Source: Orbicella franksi
Lineage: Eukaryota
Assembly: GCA_964199315.1 (NCBI GenBank)
Contig: OZ116705.1
Coordinates: 7,874,001-7,938,000, forward strand
DNA length: 64,000 bases
Direction of reading: 5' to 3'
Shown in pieces: positions 37,862-50,450 of the stretch. The translations under genes and the position numbers were made by a program. The first letter of the stretch is position 1, and every line of letters starts with the position of its first letter. The notes beneath the pieces are model-generated. The model was not told the origin of the DNA, did not search any database, and saw nothing but the letters and a program-made list of their open reading frames with translations.

Positions 37862-38197
37862 GCTGTGGTCAATAATAATGACAAGGACATAAGGAGATAA
37901 GAGAAAGACACCGCTTAATAGCGACAACGGACATTTTTCTCTATCTCAAGCGACAAGTTCTTGACCGCGTTTTACAGACACTGGTTATCTGAGCACTGCA
38001 GTTTTCATAATTATGTACCAATACTAATCTGTTAGAAAACGAAAGCTTGTAATTTCACTAAACTTACTATAATAAATGAGTATTGACGCCCTTGCACTTG
38101 AGAAGGGAACTTTAAATTGAGTGCGAGACATTTGCATGTTTGTTCTTCAGTTACATAGATTGAATAGATATTTTGGAAGTAGATTTTAATTCAGTAA

Positions 38198-38200
<3 letters not shown>

Positions 38201-38238
<38 letters not shown>
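38201..38238. repeat. (TA)n microsatellite
   Basis: Direct reading of the sequence. Confidence 0.95.
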
Positions 38239-38243
<5 letters not shown>

Positions 38244-41200
38244 AGATAAGATAGGTTTATACTCAATACTTTTTGCCATTTTTTCTGTTACAATAAATTG
38301 TAATTTAGAGCGTCCTCTATTAGCTCTGTTAAGCTAAATACATTGGCACTATGAAATAAAGTTATGATTTATTTACACATCGACAAAACATGTGTTCGTT
38401 AAGTCTATTACGAGAACCCGGTTAATACGGACACCCGAGTAATGTAGATACTTTTGCGTATCTGTTCCATGGTGCTCTACAGAAGTCTAACATGCACGCT
38501 GTACTGCGACTAGCAGGAGGCTGATCAGTTGCCTATTTACAAAGTATGAAGAGGTAATTTCGCGACAAGCAAGAACAAGTCGAGTATAATATGCAGCAAC
38601 ATAGAGGACTATAACGTAAGGCATTTGGATTATCAAATTAAACATTGTCAAATACTTGTGAAATGTTCGTGGCTAGTCTGACGCGGCGTTTCGTCTCGGC
38701 CAAGAGACTCTTCAGAGACCTTTAGAATTCAAAGGCAAACTCGTTGAGCATCACGCCCAAAGTCCCGTTCGCAAATTCTTGATGTTGACAGTCTGGCCCT
38801 CTATCGCAGAAGGATTCCCAACCGTACGTTCACGAGTTAAATGCTGTTTAAAATATATATATATATATTAAAATCAATAAATGAAACCTTAAAAGTGGGA
38901 ATTAATGTATTTGCCATTCGATTTCGGAGGAACTAAACTGTACATGACAGTGACAGAAGGAGAAAGTAAATATTTTTCTGTTGGTATGATATGCACGTGT
39001 GTCGCTTAAGACTGATTTATTGAGTCTTGTTTTAAGGTTGGTTTGACAGTTGTTAAGCATGGATCTCAGCTTTTCTATTTTGAAATTTTATTAGCACTAG
39101 TTTATATCTGAAGGTCTGTGAATGCTTTAATTACCTCTAACCCGCAGAGGTTGATGTACTTGCACTGCAATTCGTTCCCAATTTTTCCCGCTGGGTTTTT
39201 GGGTTTTCGAATGAGGCGGCTCCGCAAGCTTTATCACCTGAGTGCTATTTAATTTTGTTGTTTACCTTACAACTAGTATCTTATTTGAGTTACGTAAGGC
39301 TGCACGACAGACAGTAAACATTGCGGCTCACGATTTGAGCTGCACAGCAATTCCTGAATACGAGTCGCAGATATAAATAACACATCACAGATACCGTCAC
39401 GCCAGCAAGAATGACCAAAACTGCAATCCTGGTCCCTATTACTGGGATTTGACAACAACGCGGGAAGACGCAAACAAGAATGCATGTTCTCAGACGTAGT
39501 GGTAATTGTGGTAATTTGGGATTATCGTTTATGTCAAAAATTCATCTTACCTCAGAACATTAGGAACCAGTCCCTTGTAAAATCCTTTCACCCCTTCGTA
39601 TCTAGAATTTTGAAAGGGAACACGAAGGAAGATGTCAGCAGGCTGCTAAGGGGACAATGATATAACTGTGACACGTCTCGCATGACCCAGTCAAGCTTAA
39701 GACACCTGCTGGGTTTGAAAACGCGTCCCTCGCCTAATACTGACAAGTAATACGAATAATTCTCTACTTCCTAAGAGTGTCGGTTGTATAAATACATTTA
39801 GATGGAGGGTGCTTTCCACTACATCCCAAATTTCGGTTTGAATTTCCAGACCGACAATTCCCGAGTGGAACAGCATTTTTCAGAATTTCCAGATTTTGGT
39901 ATGCTCAAATTTTGTCGAGTTTCTCCCCGTGGATTTCCGTTTCATTTTATTTTGCTTGCAGCATTTTCCAATTTCTTAGTTGAATGCCGGTTCGCTTTTC
40001 AAAAATTTAAAAATTTTGGAAATTTCCAGAGACTTTGGTAGGACATTTCCGTACCATTTGCCTGGATTTGGAAATTCAGGAACTTTTACTCCAAGCCGCA
40101 TAGCGCCGAAAATTTCATTAACTACGCATTACTGATCTATTAACACAGACGTTGTAATCAATGGGAAAGCGAAGTTGAGATGGACCTCTCTTGCTCGCTT
40201 AGGCCGTGGAGTAAGGATTGGACCCCTTCTGGCTCCAATAACGAGGCGGGGGCGGGGGGAGGGACTTTCAGTTTTTTGGGCCTTATATCTTTTTAGGCGT
40301 GAGGGGTAAGGGAGGAGTCCCTTCCCTTGTTGTTCTACTGAAGACGCCCCTAGCCACACTGCTCAACAATTTGTTAGAGGACGTGGCAAACACTGAGAAA
40401 GGACAGTACAACTTAAAGACAGTCAACTGAGTCATCCACTCTTAGCCTAAGTCGAACACAATAACCATTTACTATTTAATTTCATTGTTTCTCGCTGAGT
40501 AAGAGATCTCGACTCGACTCTCACCTAAACGTTTTTCGTACCATGTCCACTGCTCCTTTGTACTCGGCCATGGTGTACTGATTCTTAAAATTAGAAATTT
40601 GACAATTGCGATAGTCCAGTTCAGGTATCGTGACTTAACATAGAGCCCTCCTCTCAGCAAATACCGCCATCTTTTGAATCTGTTCTTTAAAATAAGGTCT
40701 GTTCTTCCCATGACGCGTGGCTGGAACTTTATTCGACCGCCAAAAGATACCATTTAAAACGGAAATGACAGCATTTTTCTTGTTACTTTTCTGTTTGTAT
40801 TTCTTCTCGAGAGTGCACCCTAAAAGATACTCTGACGGCCAAAAATAGTGCCGTTTTGTCTTAAGCATCTTAAGTGAAACCAAAATCCGTGATTTCCACT
40901 CAGGAAAATTAAGGCATGGGTCAGCAATTATTTTCCTCAAAACAGTTAGGGGGTGGTCTACGTTCTGAGGCTTAGTTCATAACAACATAAACTTTTGGGA
41001 GACAAATACATCCTCTAAAGTGATTATTTTTGAATTGTCAAACTTATGCAAATTAGGTCACGTGACTTGATACGGCCAAAAAACGTGGAAAATCTTTAAG
41101 CAAAAATGGGAACAGTTTGCAAAAAGAAGGCTTCAACAGAACTGGTACGGGATAAGTCCTAATGACAACAGCAAAGGAACTGTGCTTGGCAATTGTTGAA

Positions 41201-41903
41201 TAGTTCATTATTTCTGGAAATAAACGGTTTCTTCTACTAGTACCCAGTCCCCCACTAAAAGTGATTTGTCTTTTTAAAAGTTCCTATTTACGTATCTTAA
41301 CTTTTCCAAGCGCAGAAACGATGTATCTAATGACCCTAAACTCATGAAACTAACATCAAAGTTTAAGGACACAAGAAAAGTGTTCCCATTTAACAAAAGA
41401 GATTATTTGACTTGAAGAGACCACGTGACCTAATTTGCATATTTTCGACATTCGAAATTGACACAAACTGTCAACCTTTTGACCTGGCAAAGTTTCATGC
41501 TGCTACAACTAAAGCTTCAAAAGATACACTACCCCCTAACTTTCCGGGTGAATAACTGGAGGCCCTTGCCTTAATTTACTTGAGCACCCCTAAGCGAATG
41601 GGAGTTCCCGCCCACCTCCAACCCCTCCTTACTTTACCAGCACTTACTTTAAACGCCTGAACATTAAATTGCAATAAGCGAAGGACAAATAGCTAAAAAC
41701 TGCAATGATTTTGCTGTACATGTAGCTCAAATAGCTTCGTTCAACAGTTGAACACCACACATTGGTAACCTCCTCTTGACTGGTTACCAGTCCTACAAAG
41801 CCATGACCCACTGCTCTTGAAACGCCTTCTGGTCTAAAAAGCTTTACATGGGAATTGTTGCACCATTTTGAATGAGATTAAACAATCCCTCATCAGTCCT
41901 TAC

Positions 41904-41997
41904 GTGAAGCCTTGACCTGACCACTTGATAGGGATATGTTGCAGTGGCGGCAAACATTTTTTGACAATGAAGCCATTACAAGATATTCTGTGGAGTT
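41904..41997 (-). pseudogene. SLC25A32: Next pseudo-exon of SLC25A32-like carrier
   Basis: TAG acceptor at 42000-41998 and GTAAG donor at 41903. Reads NSTEYLVMASLSK[+1 A][18 protein letters not shown], matching human [31 protein letters not shown]. Confidence 0.88.
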
Positions 41998-42418
41998 CTA
42001 GGAAAAATGTAATAATTGAGTCAGATTCTAAATGCATTACAGTGTATTTCAGCCTCTACATTAACAGATTTACATGTATATACTATTCTCTAAAACGTAT
42101 CACAGCTTCTAGTATCACTGACCTACATGTATATGCTAGGTTAACTTTTGAGTTGGGAGTGAAGTGTTATTTTATTTTTGGAATCCATTAAAGGACATTT
42201 ATTAGCACCTATTCTAGCCTTGGTGTATTTCATTTTTTCAAGATAATTCAGTTTTATCCTCCTTGCAAGTAATAAGCTTGTAAGCCACACATGTACGCAC
42301 TGCAGACATATTTTCACAGAGTGTTTGAATGTCTGCTTGCATGTTTTGTTGGAGTACCTTTGCTTCAATCTTAGTCTTAAGGTTTCAAACACATATTAAA
42401 ACAATGACATTTATTTAC

Positions 42419-42537
42419 CAGTTTCTTATTGATTGGTGTTCCAAAGTACTGGCTGTGGCCCTTCTTAAGTTCCTCATATGCCATAAACTGCAGCGCTCCA
42501 TGTGAAATTAAACACCAATAAGTCCCAGTACATACCC
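42419..42537 (-). pseudogene. SLC25A32: Pseudo-exon of mitochondrial folate/FAD carrier (SLC25A32-like)
   Basis: CAG acceptor at 42540-42538 and GT donor at 42418. Reads GYVLGLIGV[5-nt insertion][40 protein letters not shown] is the SLC25A32 signature (human [23 protein letters not shown]). Confidence 0.88.
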
Positions 42538-42935
42538 CTGCAGATCAAACAAAATTTACATACGATGCTTGCAGATTCTCGATTTTCCCCAATAAATGAA
42601 CAAGAAAAGATAAAATTGAATTTTTCTAGGATTGAATTTTAAAAATCAGAAAACTAAAAAGAGACATTCACCAATTATTACTAAATCTTTTTTCAATGTA
42701 AAGATTGTTAATAATATATCATTTTATTGATTGTGCCATTGGACTTAAGAAGAGTGTTAAATATGTTAAATATGTTGTCACAGCTGACAGTTTTCATTTT
42801 ATTTACAGTGTATGTATATGTAAGATCTCTACATACACATATCAAGACTGAAAATCACATATTTCTCAGTTGAAAATAGTTCACAATGGGAATCTTGTAG
42901 ACGAATTTCCCCGTCATATTTTACCTTCATTTTAG

Positions 42936-43040
42936 ATGTTGATGAATGCAAATGAGGTTCTCACAAATGCCACAACACCAATGGAGGGTATAACTGCTCT
43001 TGTAAAGGCGGATACTCTGGAGATGGACATAATTGCACAG
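42936..43040 (+). pseudogene. Relic paralog: disabled cbEGF exon (homolog of 1308-1430)
   Basis: DVDECK*GSHKCH[18-nt deletion]NTNGGYNCSCKGGYSGDGHNCT. TGA at 42953; AG/GT borders intact. Confidence 0.88.
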
Positions 43041-43464
43041 GTATGTTTATTGTCTGTATATAACAGTATATCTTAGGATATTTTATGTCGAGAAATGGTT
43101 GAGATTCATTGACTTCACGTCAGCCTATGCAAACCTAATCAGCACGGAAGCCAGCAGGACAAACAGACAAGCAAACAAAAGAGAAATAGTATTTTGACAG
43201 CATGTTATTCCTGTGTGGATTAATGGCGGTAACATTGCGTCAAGTGGTGTCAACGATTCTCCTGTACACATTTATAATCCCTTGTGGAGAAAAGAAGTGA
43301 GAGTAAGGTGTCTTGACTCGCCAATAGCATAGGTCGACGATGTAAAGCTGTAGAGGCCACAGAAGGCATAAAATGTTAGCAGCATGTCAAGTCCTAATGC
43401 TATCACGGTTCCTCTGATTTGAATCATTCGACCACCAATATTTGCATTCGATCGCACCTTTCAG

Positions 43465-43598
43465 ATATCGACGAGTGTGCTACCGGAAGCCATACCTGTG
43501 AAAACAAACCGAATTCTGGGTGCAGTAATACCGAGGGTCATTCAACTGCTCCTGTGATTTTGGATACGTAAGCAACGACAATAGGCAAACTTGTACAG
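43465..43598 (+). pseudogene. Relic paralog: frameshifted cbEGF exon
   Basis: DIDECATGSHTCENKPNSGCSNTEG[-1]SFNCSCDFGYVSNDNRQTCT. 134 nt instead of 135; AG/GT borders intact. Confidence 0.85.
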
Positions 43599-43886
43599 GT
43601 AAACACTCCACATCTTATTACATTTTAATTACCTTTCAATCCATTGGCTCTTGTCTAGTAAGGACTTCTTTCATTCGATTAGCCATTTTTTCGCGTAGGT
43701 GATTGTCCATTTACCCACGCTCGAGAAGGCGGTAAAAACCTGAAGCGCAATTTGAATACTGATTATTTTTGCCAAGGGCTTTGCAGTCGTCGACCCTAGC
43801 TATATTTGACATGTAAATACATTTTCTCGAGCATTTTAGCGAGCCGAATAAATTGAGGAAATCTCCATACTTAGTAAACACAGCAT

Positions 43887-44051
43887 TAGACCACGAATAG
43901 TCCCTCTTCCGCTTAGTCCGTCGAGCGAGACCGTAAATAAACCGCCAGAAAAAAAAATGGCCGCGTGAACTCGCGCGGCGATTTTCTTCTCGCGGTTTTC
44001 TATCGCGTCACCCACGACGGACAAAGCGAAAGAGGGGCTACTGGTAGTCTA
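43887..44051. mobile_element. 165-bp MITE with TAGAC...GTCTA termini
   Basis: TAGACCACGAATAGTCCCTCTT matches the reverse complement of the right end, TAGACTACCAGTAGCCCCTCTT. Confidence 0.7.
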
Positions 44052-44894
44052 ACAAAATATGCAAGCGTCAAATATAACAAATCCTGTTACGTTCGCAACT
44101 AGCAAAACTCGCCTGACAGTATTTACAAATACAGTTTTATTATTTTTAGACATGAGTTTTGTATCGGTGAAAACCGAGAGAAAACTATTTGTTTACAATA
44201 TGCACCTTAAACAACTGAACTTACAACAAAGCATGCAACTCAAGTGTCATTATTTAGGAATAAGCGGAATCAAAACAAAAAATAAATTTATTAAGTGTCT
44301 CACAGCATGGTTTCATGATCAAATCAGGAAGAATTTACAAATCCTATTGAACATATCTCGTCGAAGCAACGTCACAGTTTTTATAGAAAACGCGACGAAG
44401 GTTTCTACAACAAAGAGTCGCTTACCGCAATTTGGCAATTCGCTTCAGTGTGAATCTTCCGGGAAGAAACGCCAAGCAAAATTTGCGAAGAGTGAAATGA
44501 ACTAATGTTTTTGATTGATCAATGAATCAACCACATTTTACCGTTTTTACCGTTTCTTAAAGTCTCTAAACACACCAGACACGTTTGATTTTTCTAGTTG
44601 ATCCATGTGATTTTCTCCCGCAATGTCTGTACGCGGATGGTCGCTCGCTTGCTCTTACGGGGACGTTATAACCAAATTTTCTTGCCCTGATAGTTTAGTA
44701 AAACTCTCTACCCATGGTGCTCCTCTGATGCACTTCGCGAGCTGAAGCTCCGCTATGAACCAATTCTTTTATACCATCAAAATTAAATAGGAAACAAACT
44801 GTACGTGCGATGATGAAATGAAGTTCACAGTTTATGCATAGAGTAATTTAACTCACTCTCTTTTCTCAATTTTGGTGTTTGTTTTTCCCTTTAG

Positions 44895-45266
44895 TTGATC
44901 CATGCCATTAATACGAAACTCTAAACAGTTCTGATAAAAATATTAACAACGAAGAATCTCCGGATAATCCATTGTGTGACAGTTATCAATCGCTGTCCAG
45001 CAATGGCAGCTGGTATCGTTTTCAAGGAGTTGCAGGAACAAGATTACCAACCCAAAGTGTCCAGCAACCTTTAGATGTCACATTCGATATCCTGGATGTT
45101 GAATGTTAAATACAAACCCTTGTCACCAGAAGGCGTAACAGAAAACGGCATGACTAATTGTTGCGCCGAATATATATTCATTCACATAAAAAATTGTAGT
45201 TCCTACTTCGTCTACATGTTGTTGCCTACTCCTACATGTAATCTCCGATACTGTGGGACCGACTAA
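44895..45266 (+). pseudogene. Relic paralog: disabled D8C terminal exon
   Basis: VDPCH*YETLNSSDK...LCD...SWYRFQGVAGTRLPT, followed by frameshifts, ending ...CCAEYIFIHIKNCSSYFVYMLLPTPTCNLRYCGTD*. Stop at 44909. Confidence 0.88.
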
Positions 45267-45409
45267 ACCAAGCAAATACACTAAATAGGTATCCAGAGAG
45301 TATTGTGAGAGTTTGTATTGAGCTTTGTATGAGTTATAGATTTATAAAATTGGATCAAGAACTATATCCTTTTTCCCTTTGAAAAGGTACAATTGAGAAT
45401 TAGTAAAAA

Positions 45410-45660
45410 TCTATTTACTAACACCAGCGATATACCATTCTCTTGTTGGCTACGCTATCAACTATTTATTATGTAGATAAAAAGTAGCCTAATCGTGTGC
45501 GGTTGTTAACAAAATGGCGACCACTTCTTCGCGTTTTCCAAGCGTCAGTGCAGAGGATTTAGATAACTTTATGACCGACAAGAGAATTTATACTTAAACA
45601 ATTAGATTATGGCTCGATTATGCGAGATATTTCGAACTCATTAGCTAACTCAGTAGTTAA
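45410..45660 (+). mobile_element. Crypton-like non-autonomous relic
   Basis: From 45514 it reads MATTSSRFPSVSAEDLDNFMTDK, resembling the SRF..VS.E....F N-terminus of Crypton-type tyrosine-recombinase ORFs (from memory). The frame is lost immediately afterwards. Confidence 0.4.
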
Positions 45661-45754
45661 ATAGAAAACATTGCTTGTGTTTCGTTGGCCGAACGCGAGT
45701 TACTGTGGAAACACGAGTTGCAGGCGAGTGCTTCTACCTTTTTCCAGTCCCGCA

Positions 45755-46685
45755 GCGGTAGCGGTAGAAGCAGCAGTACAAACAGCAGAAGTAATAGCAG
45801 CAGCAGTAGTTCGCGTAGTGGCAGTAGCCGCAACAGCAGCAAGTAGCAATATCAGTGGTAGCAGCAGTGGTAGAAGTAGTAGCAGGAGCGNNNNNNNNNN
45901 NNNNNNNNNNNNNNNNNNNNNNNNNNNNNNNNNNNNNNNNNNNNNNNNNNNNNNNNNNNNNNNNNNNNNNNNNNNNNNNNNNNNNNNNNNNNNNNNNNNN
46001 NNNNNNNNNNNNNNNNNNNNNNNNNNNNNNNNNNNNNNNNNNNNNNNNNNNNNNNNNNNNNNNNNNNNNNNNNNNNNNNNNNNNNNNNNNNNNNNNNNNN
46101 NNNNNNNNNNNNNNNNNNNNNNNNNNNNNNNNNNNNNNNNNNNNNNNNNNNNNNNNNNNNNNNNNNNNNNNNNNNNNNNNNNNNNNNNNNNNNNNNNNNN
46201 NNNNNNNNNNNNNNNNNNNNNNNNNNNNNNNNNNNNNNNNNNNNNNNNNNNNNNNNNNNNNNNNNNNNNNNNNNNNNNNNNNNNNNNNNNNNNNNNNNNN
46301 NNNNNNNNNNNNNNNNNNNNNNNNNNNNNNNNNNNNNNNNNNNNNNNNNNNNNNNNNNNNNNNNNNNNNNNNNNNNNNNNNNNNNNNNNNNNNNNNNNNN
46401 NNNNNNNNNNNNNNNNNNNNNNNNNNNNNNNNNNNNNNNNNNNNNNNNNNNNNNNNNNNNNNNNNNNNNNNNNNNNNNNNNNNNNNNNNNNNNNNNNNNN
46501 NNNNNNNNNNNNNNNNNNNNNNNNNNNNNNNNNNNNNNNNNNNNNNNNNNNNNNNGCAGATGCAGTGGCAGCAGCAGTAGAAGCAGTGGCAGTAGCAGTA
46601 GCAGTAGCAGAAGCAGAAGCTGTAGCAGTAGAGCAGCAGTTGTAGTTGCAGAAAGAGTAGTAGCCGTAGCAGTGGCAGTATAGCA
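45755..46685. repeat. AGC/AGT trinucleotide-type microsatellite spanning an assembly gap
   Basis: agtagcagc-type repeats flank both sides of the N-run. Confidence 0.9.
45891..46555. other. Assembly gap (665 N)
   Basis: Run of N. Confidence 1.
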
Positions 46686-48386
46686 GATTGCTTAGTATTT
46701 AGATATTGTCCAGTTTTCCTTCCGGGTTAGATGATGAAAAACCATTTTACTAATATCAAATAATCACTAACAGAGAAGCAAAAGCTCTTCTCGCTTTCGA
46801 GTTGATTGGGTACGAAGTCAGGCTTCTCATAAAGGGAACGAGAAAGTGTGTCTGGCCGTTTTCTCTGACGTGTTTTGCCTTGACTAAAAAGGTTACAAAA
46901 ATAAACCATGCCAGGGAATTCGATTTGTTCATATTGATAACAATATAAAAACATCTTTATATTTTTTCGTCATTACGAAGATCGCTATATAGTTACGTTA
47001 TGTTTAAATTCAGGAAAGGTTGTTCAAATAAGGTAACTGTTTTATTCACTTTTTTTTTTTTTTTTTTAATGAGACTGGAGGCTACATGAACCGTTAGGTT
47101 TTCAAGTTATCCCCCAACTTTGGTATGTCTAATTGTAGAACAGGAAAAATGAAAAAAGAACTTAAAGTTTGACTTTTCTTGAAGAAATGAGATGGATAAG
47201 ATCGAAGGCATGAGAAGATGGCCAAAAAACGAAAAAAAAAAAAAAAAGAATTCGCGCCTTAAACTTGCTAGAGAAGAGTTTTTGAACATATTTTAAATTT
47301 CTAAATCTTTAAAATTTGAAATTTAACTTTATTCTTAGCGTTGCGTATAGTAGTTTTTAAATTTTACTTTATTAGCTTAATTTTTTTAACTTTATTAACG
47401 GAAGTGAATTCCCCATTCCAGCTGATGGGAGTTTTTCGCCCAATATCGCATTCCACGCTATGACGATTAAGAATACTGGTCGTCAGTTGTCATCGGATAC
47501 ACGCTTTTACAGAGTGAATATATTTAACGACGTTCGCGCTCATTCCTACGTCGAGGTTTTTTTTTTTTTTTTTTTTTTTAACGAAAACTTGCCATGCGGT
47601 AAGGTAAAGAATGGTGGGGGTCATCATGCATCGTTTCGAAATAAGGCGCATTGGACACCCTGAGTTTAAGAAGCTTCTGTTATTTTAAACAGTTTTAGCG
47701 TGTGCCTATCGGCAACAAAATAAGCAACATTAGTGAACTTTAGACCAAGTAAACGTACATACTCAATTCAACACAGCTGATGTAGTTCCTTCGAACAAAA
47801 CTTCGGTCGCTCGAGAGGAAAACAGGCGAAATATTTGCCACTTCTCACTTACGGCTTTTTTTTCTGGGGTTTGTTCACCTTAGGAGAAAGTCAGCTATTG
47901 AGGCGATCTATGAAAAGAAAAGAGGGGGTCACCGACCATTAAGACAGTAAACTGTAGGTGAAGTTAACGCAACCAGCACCGAGCCCTACTTACTCATGTC
48001 TCACTTGGCGCGCGCGCTCGATGTGTGACGTCGTTTGACGTTGCAACATAAATTAAAAATTGGCCAGTATCAATCGCATTAGTGTGGACAGCGAAAATAG
48101 ATCCTTTTGGAAATGTTAGCGACATTCACATAACATCGTAGGCGCAGATAATGGTTGTGTATTTACAATACTCTTCACGTATTAACCTCTTAGAGCGTTT
48201 TAGCATGAATTTGTGTGGACGAGGAATGTGCTACGAAAATAGTAGCGTGGACGTAAAGCTTTTCATACCTTTTCAGTAAAAAGACACATCATTGAACACG
48301 CATCATTTCCGGAAAACGCACTGAAAACAGATTGTGAAGGGGCCTAGATCAACTAATATTTCAATCAACGGTCTTACTCAATTAAA

Positions 48387-50450
48387 TAGGGAGTTTAAGA
48401 AAATCACGACGGCAACGGCACCGGGTACGTCGCTAAACAAAAAGTTTAATGAGCAGAACAATGGTTGTGCACGCGCGTTATAATTTTAGGTACATTTCTC
48501 TACCGTCCTCTGAAAAACAACGTGAAATGACTAAATTCTGCGTTGTCTGGGGAACGTGTTTAGTTTTATTTTCATGACTGTAAAGCGATATAGAACTTTG
48601 TATATACTCGCTATATGAATAAAGTTATTGTATTGTATTGTTGTAACGTGAACCACGACGGTTAATTTTTTAAAGTTTTATTTCAAATTTATCGCTGTGT
48701 CCCTAATTCAGTTTCGTGACAGTTAAAATCCCGATCAGTGTTTACTGCAATTTAAGAGTTTTCATAGGGTTATCCATCATAATTGTTCACGTTGTTAGTT
48801 GTGGACCAGGATGTAGATTCGTTTCTGTGCAGGCTACGTAATTATGCTAAAAAGCTGCTATTTAAGAAGTTTGTCCGTTAGGAGTTGTCACTCGACGGCG
48901 TCTCCGTTTTTGATCACTCCATTCTGGAAATTTTGTTTTTGGTATATATATATATTTTTTGTTTAGCACATTTGTTGTATTAATAAGTATCCTAAGGCTG
49001 CTTATGTTTATAACAATAAACTATGCTAAGGCTGTTTATGTTTGATCAATAAACAAGATGCCCCCTCCTACAAGACTGGTTTTTTTTTTACTTGTACTAC
49101 GTTAGAAATTATTTTGTTTTCGTTTCACTGCAGAGTGATTAGACAGCAAGAGCCATTACACCCTGCTCTACAAATATGTCAAGCGCACGCGTAATTGTTT
49201 GGGTCGTTTTTATTCTCATTTTACTTTAGTTTTCTATATTATTGTGGGGGCTATTTTTAAGAAAACAATTACTTCAATCACGCTTGTTGGATATGAGCTG
49301 ATCACAGCTTCGTTGGCTATCTATTAAGGAGCTTAAAAAACCACGAGGGCAACTGCAACGGGAGCGTCCCTAAACAAGATATTGATTATTATAGGGAGCT
49401 TTAGCAAACCACGACGGCGACGGCAACGAGGGCGTCACCAAAACAAAAGATTTAATGATGAAAACAATCATCCTGTGCACGTGCATTACGGCTGCCGCAC
49501 ACTACCCGATTTTTTTGTTGTTGAACTGCAAATTTTTTGTCGCGGTCAAATCGGGTTAAAATTTGTCGGACCATCAGCTTCCTGCACACCAGCCGAGGCT
49601 TGGGGCTGAGTCATTTAAAATCAAGATGGCGCCTCTTACGCTGACGTGACTCTCATGACATTTTCTACTTGGTTGAGGCGCGCGCGAGCCCCGTCAAATT
49701 GTCTTCGTCCACTGCACACTAGCCGAAAAGGCCCGACAAATTGTTTTTAGATCTCGCGTTGTCAGATAAAATTGCCTGACAAGCCCCGATCTTGTTGCAG
49801 ACTTGTCTGAATTCACCGCACACTAGCCGACAAGTGAAGATATTTTGTCGGCCGACAAAAAATCGGCTAATATGCGGCGGCTCTTATAAATCTATGTACA
49901 TTTCTTTGCCGTTCTCTACAAAACAGCGACGTGAAATGGCCAATTTTTCGTACCTTCTTTAAGAATTGAAAGCTGTCGGTGCATGTTTGGCCTGAGCAAG
50001 GTTTTAGACCGATAGGCGTACTGAACAGATTTACACAGTTGCAATATTCGAAGATAAAATATAAATACATTTTCTACGAGGCATCGTCCTCGGCGTCGCT
50101 GTCGTCATTGCTAAAGCTCCCTGAATAGCTTTACCAACGACGAAGAGGGCAACGCCGAGGACGATGCCTGGTGAAAACTGAGCTTATTGTTTACCAGCGA
50201 AATTCCTAGTTGTTTAGATCTGCTCAGTTCGCCAATGGCTCTAAAAACCTGCTCACACTAAATATGCAATGACAGCTTTCAAGTTCAAATGGAAATACCA
50301 TAAATTAGCCGTCGTTGATTCCGTCCCTCAGGCTACGCAGAACTTGGTCATTTCAATTTCTTGTTTTGTAGAGGGCGGCAAAGAAATGTACAAAGAATTA
50401 TAACGCACGTGTATAGCTATAGTTTTGCTCATTTTAAAAACTTCTGATTA
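48387..50450. repeat. Cluster of related interspersed repeats beginning AGGGAGYTTWAG...ACGACGGC
   Basis: Copies start at ~48387 (+), ~49325 (+, short) and 49391 (+). An inverted copy ends at 50122 (-) and abuts another at ~50123 (+). They share the motifs TGCACGCGCG/ATTTCTTTGCCG/ACGTGAAATG. Confidence 0.65.

Noticed and set aside
38640-39500. Possible decayed membrane-protein/GPCR fragments on the minus strand
   Set aside because: Only a short hydrophobic stretch, with no family motif or splice support.
42141-42392. Minus-strand ORF between the two SLC25A32 pseudo-exons
   Set aside because: It lies in the intron defined by the GT/AG borders and has no similarity to the carrier in any frame.
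45671-46645. Long 324-aa and 241-aa ORFs
   Set aside because: Artefacts of the N gap and the AGC/AGT microsatellite.
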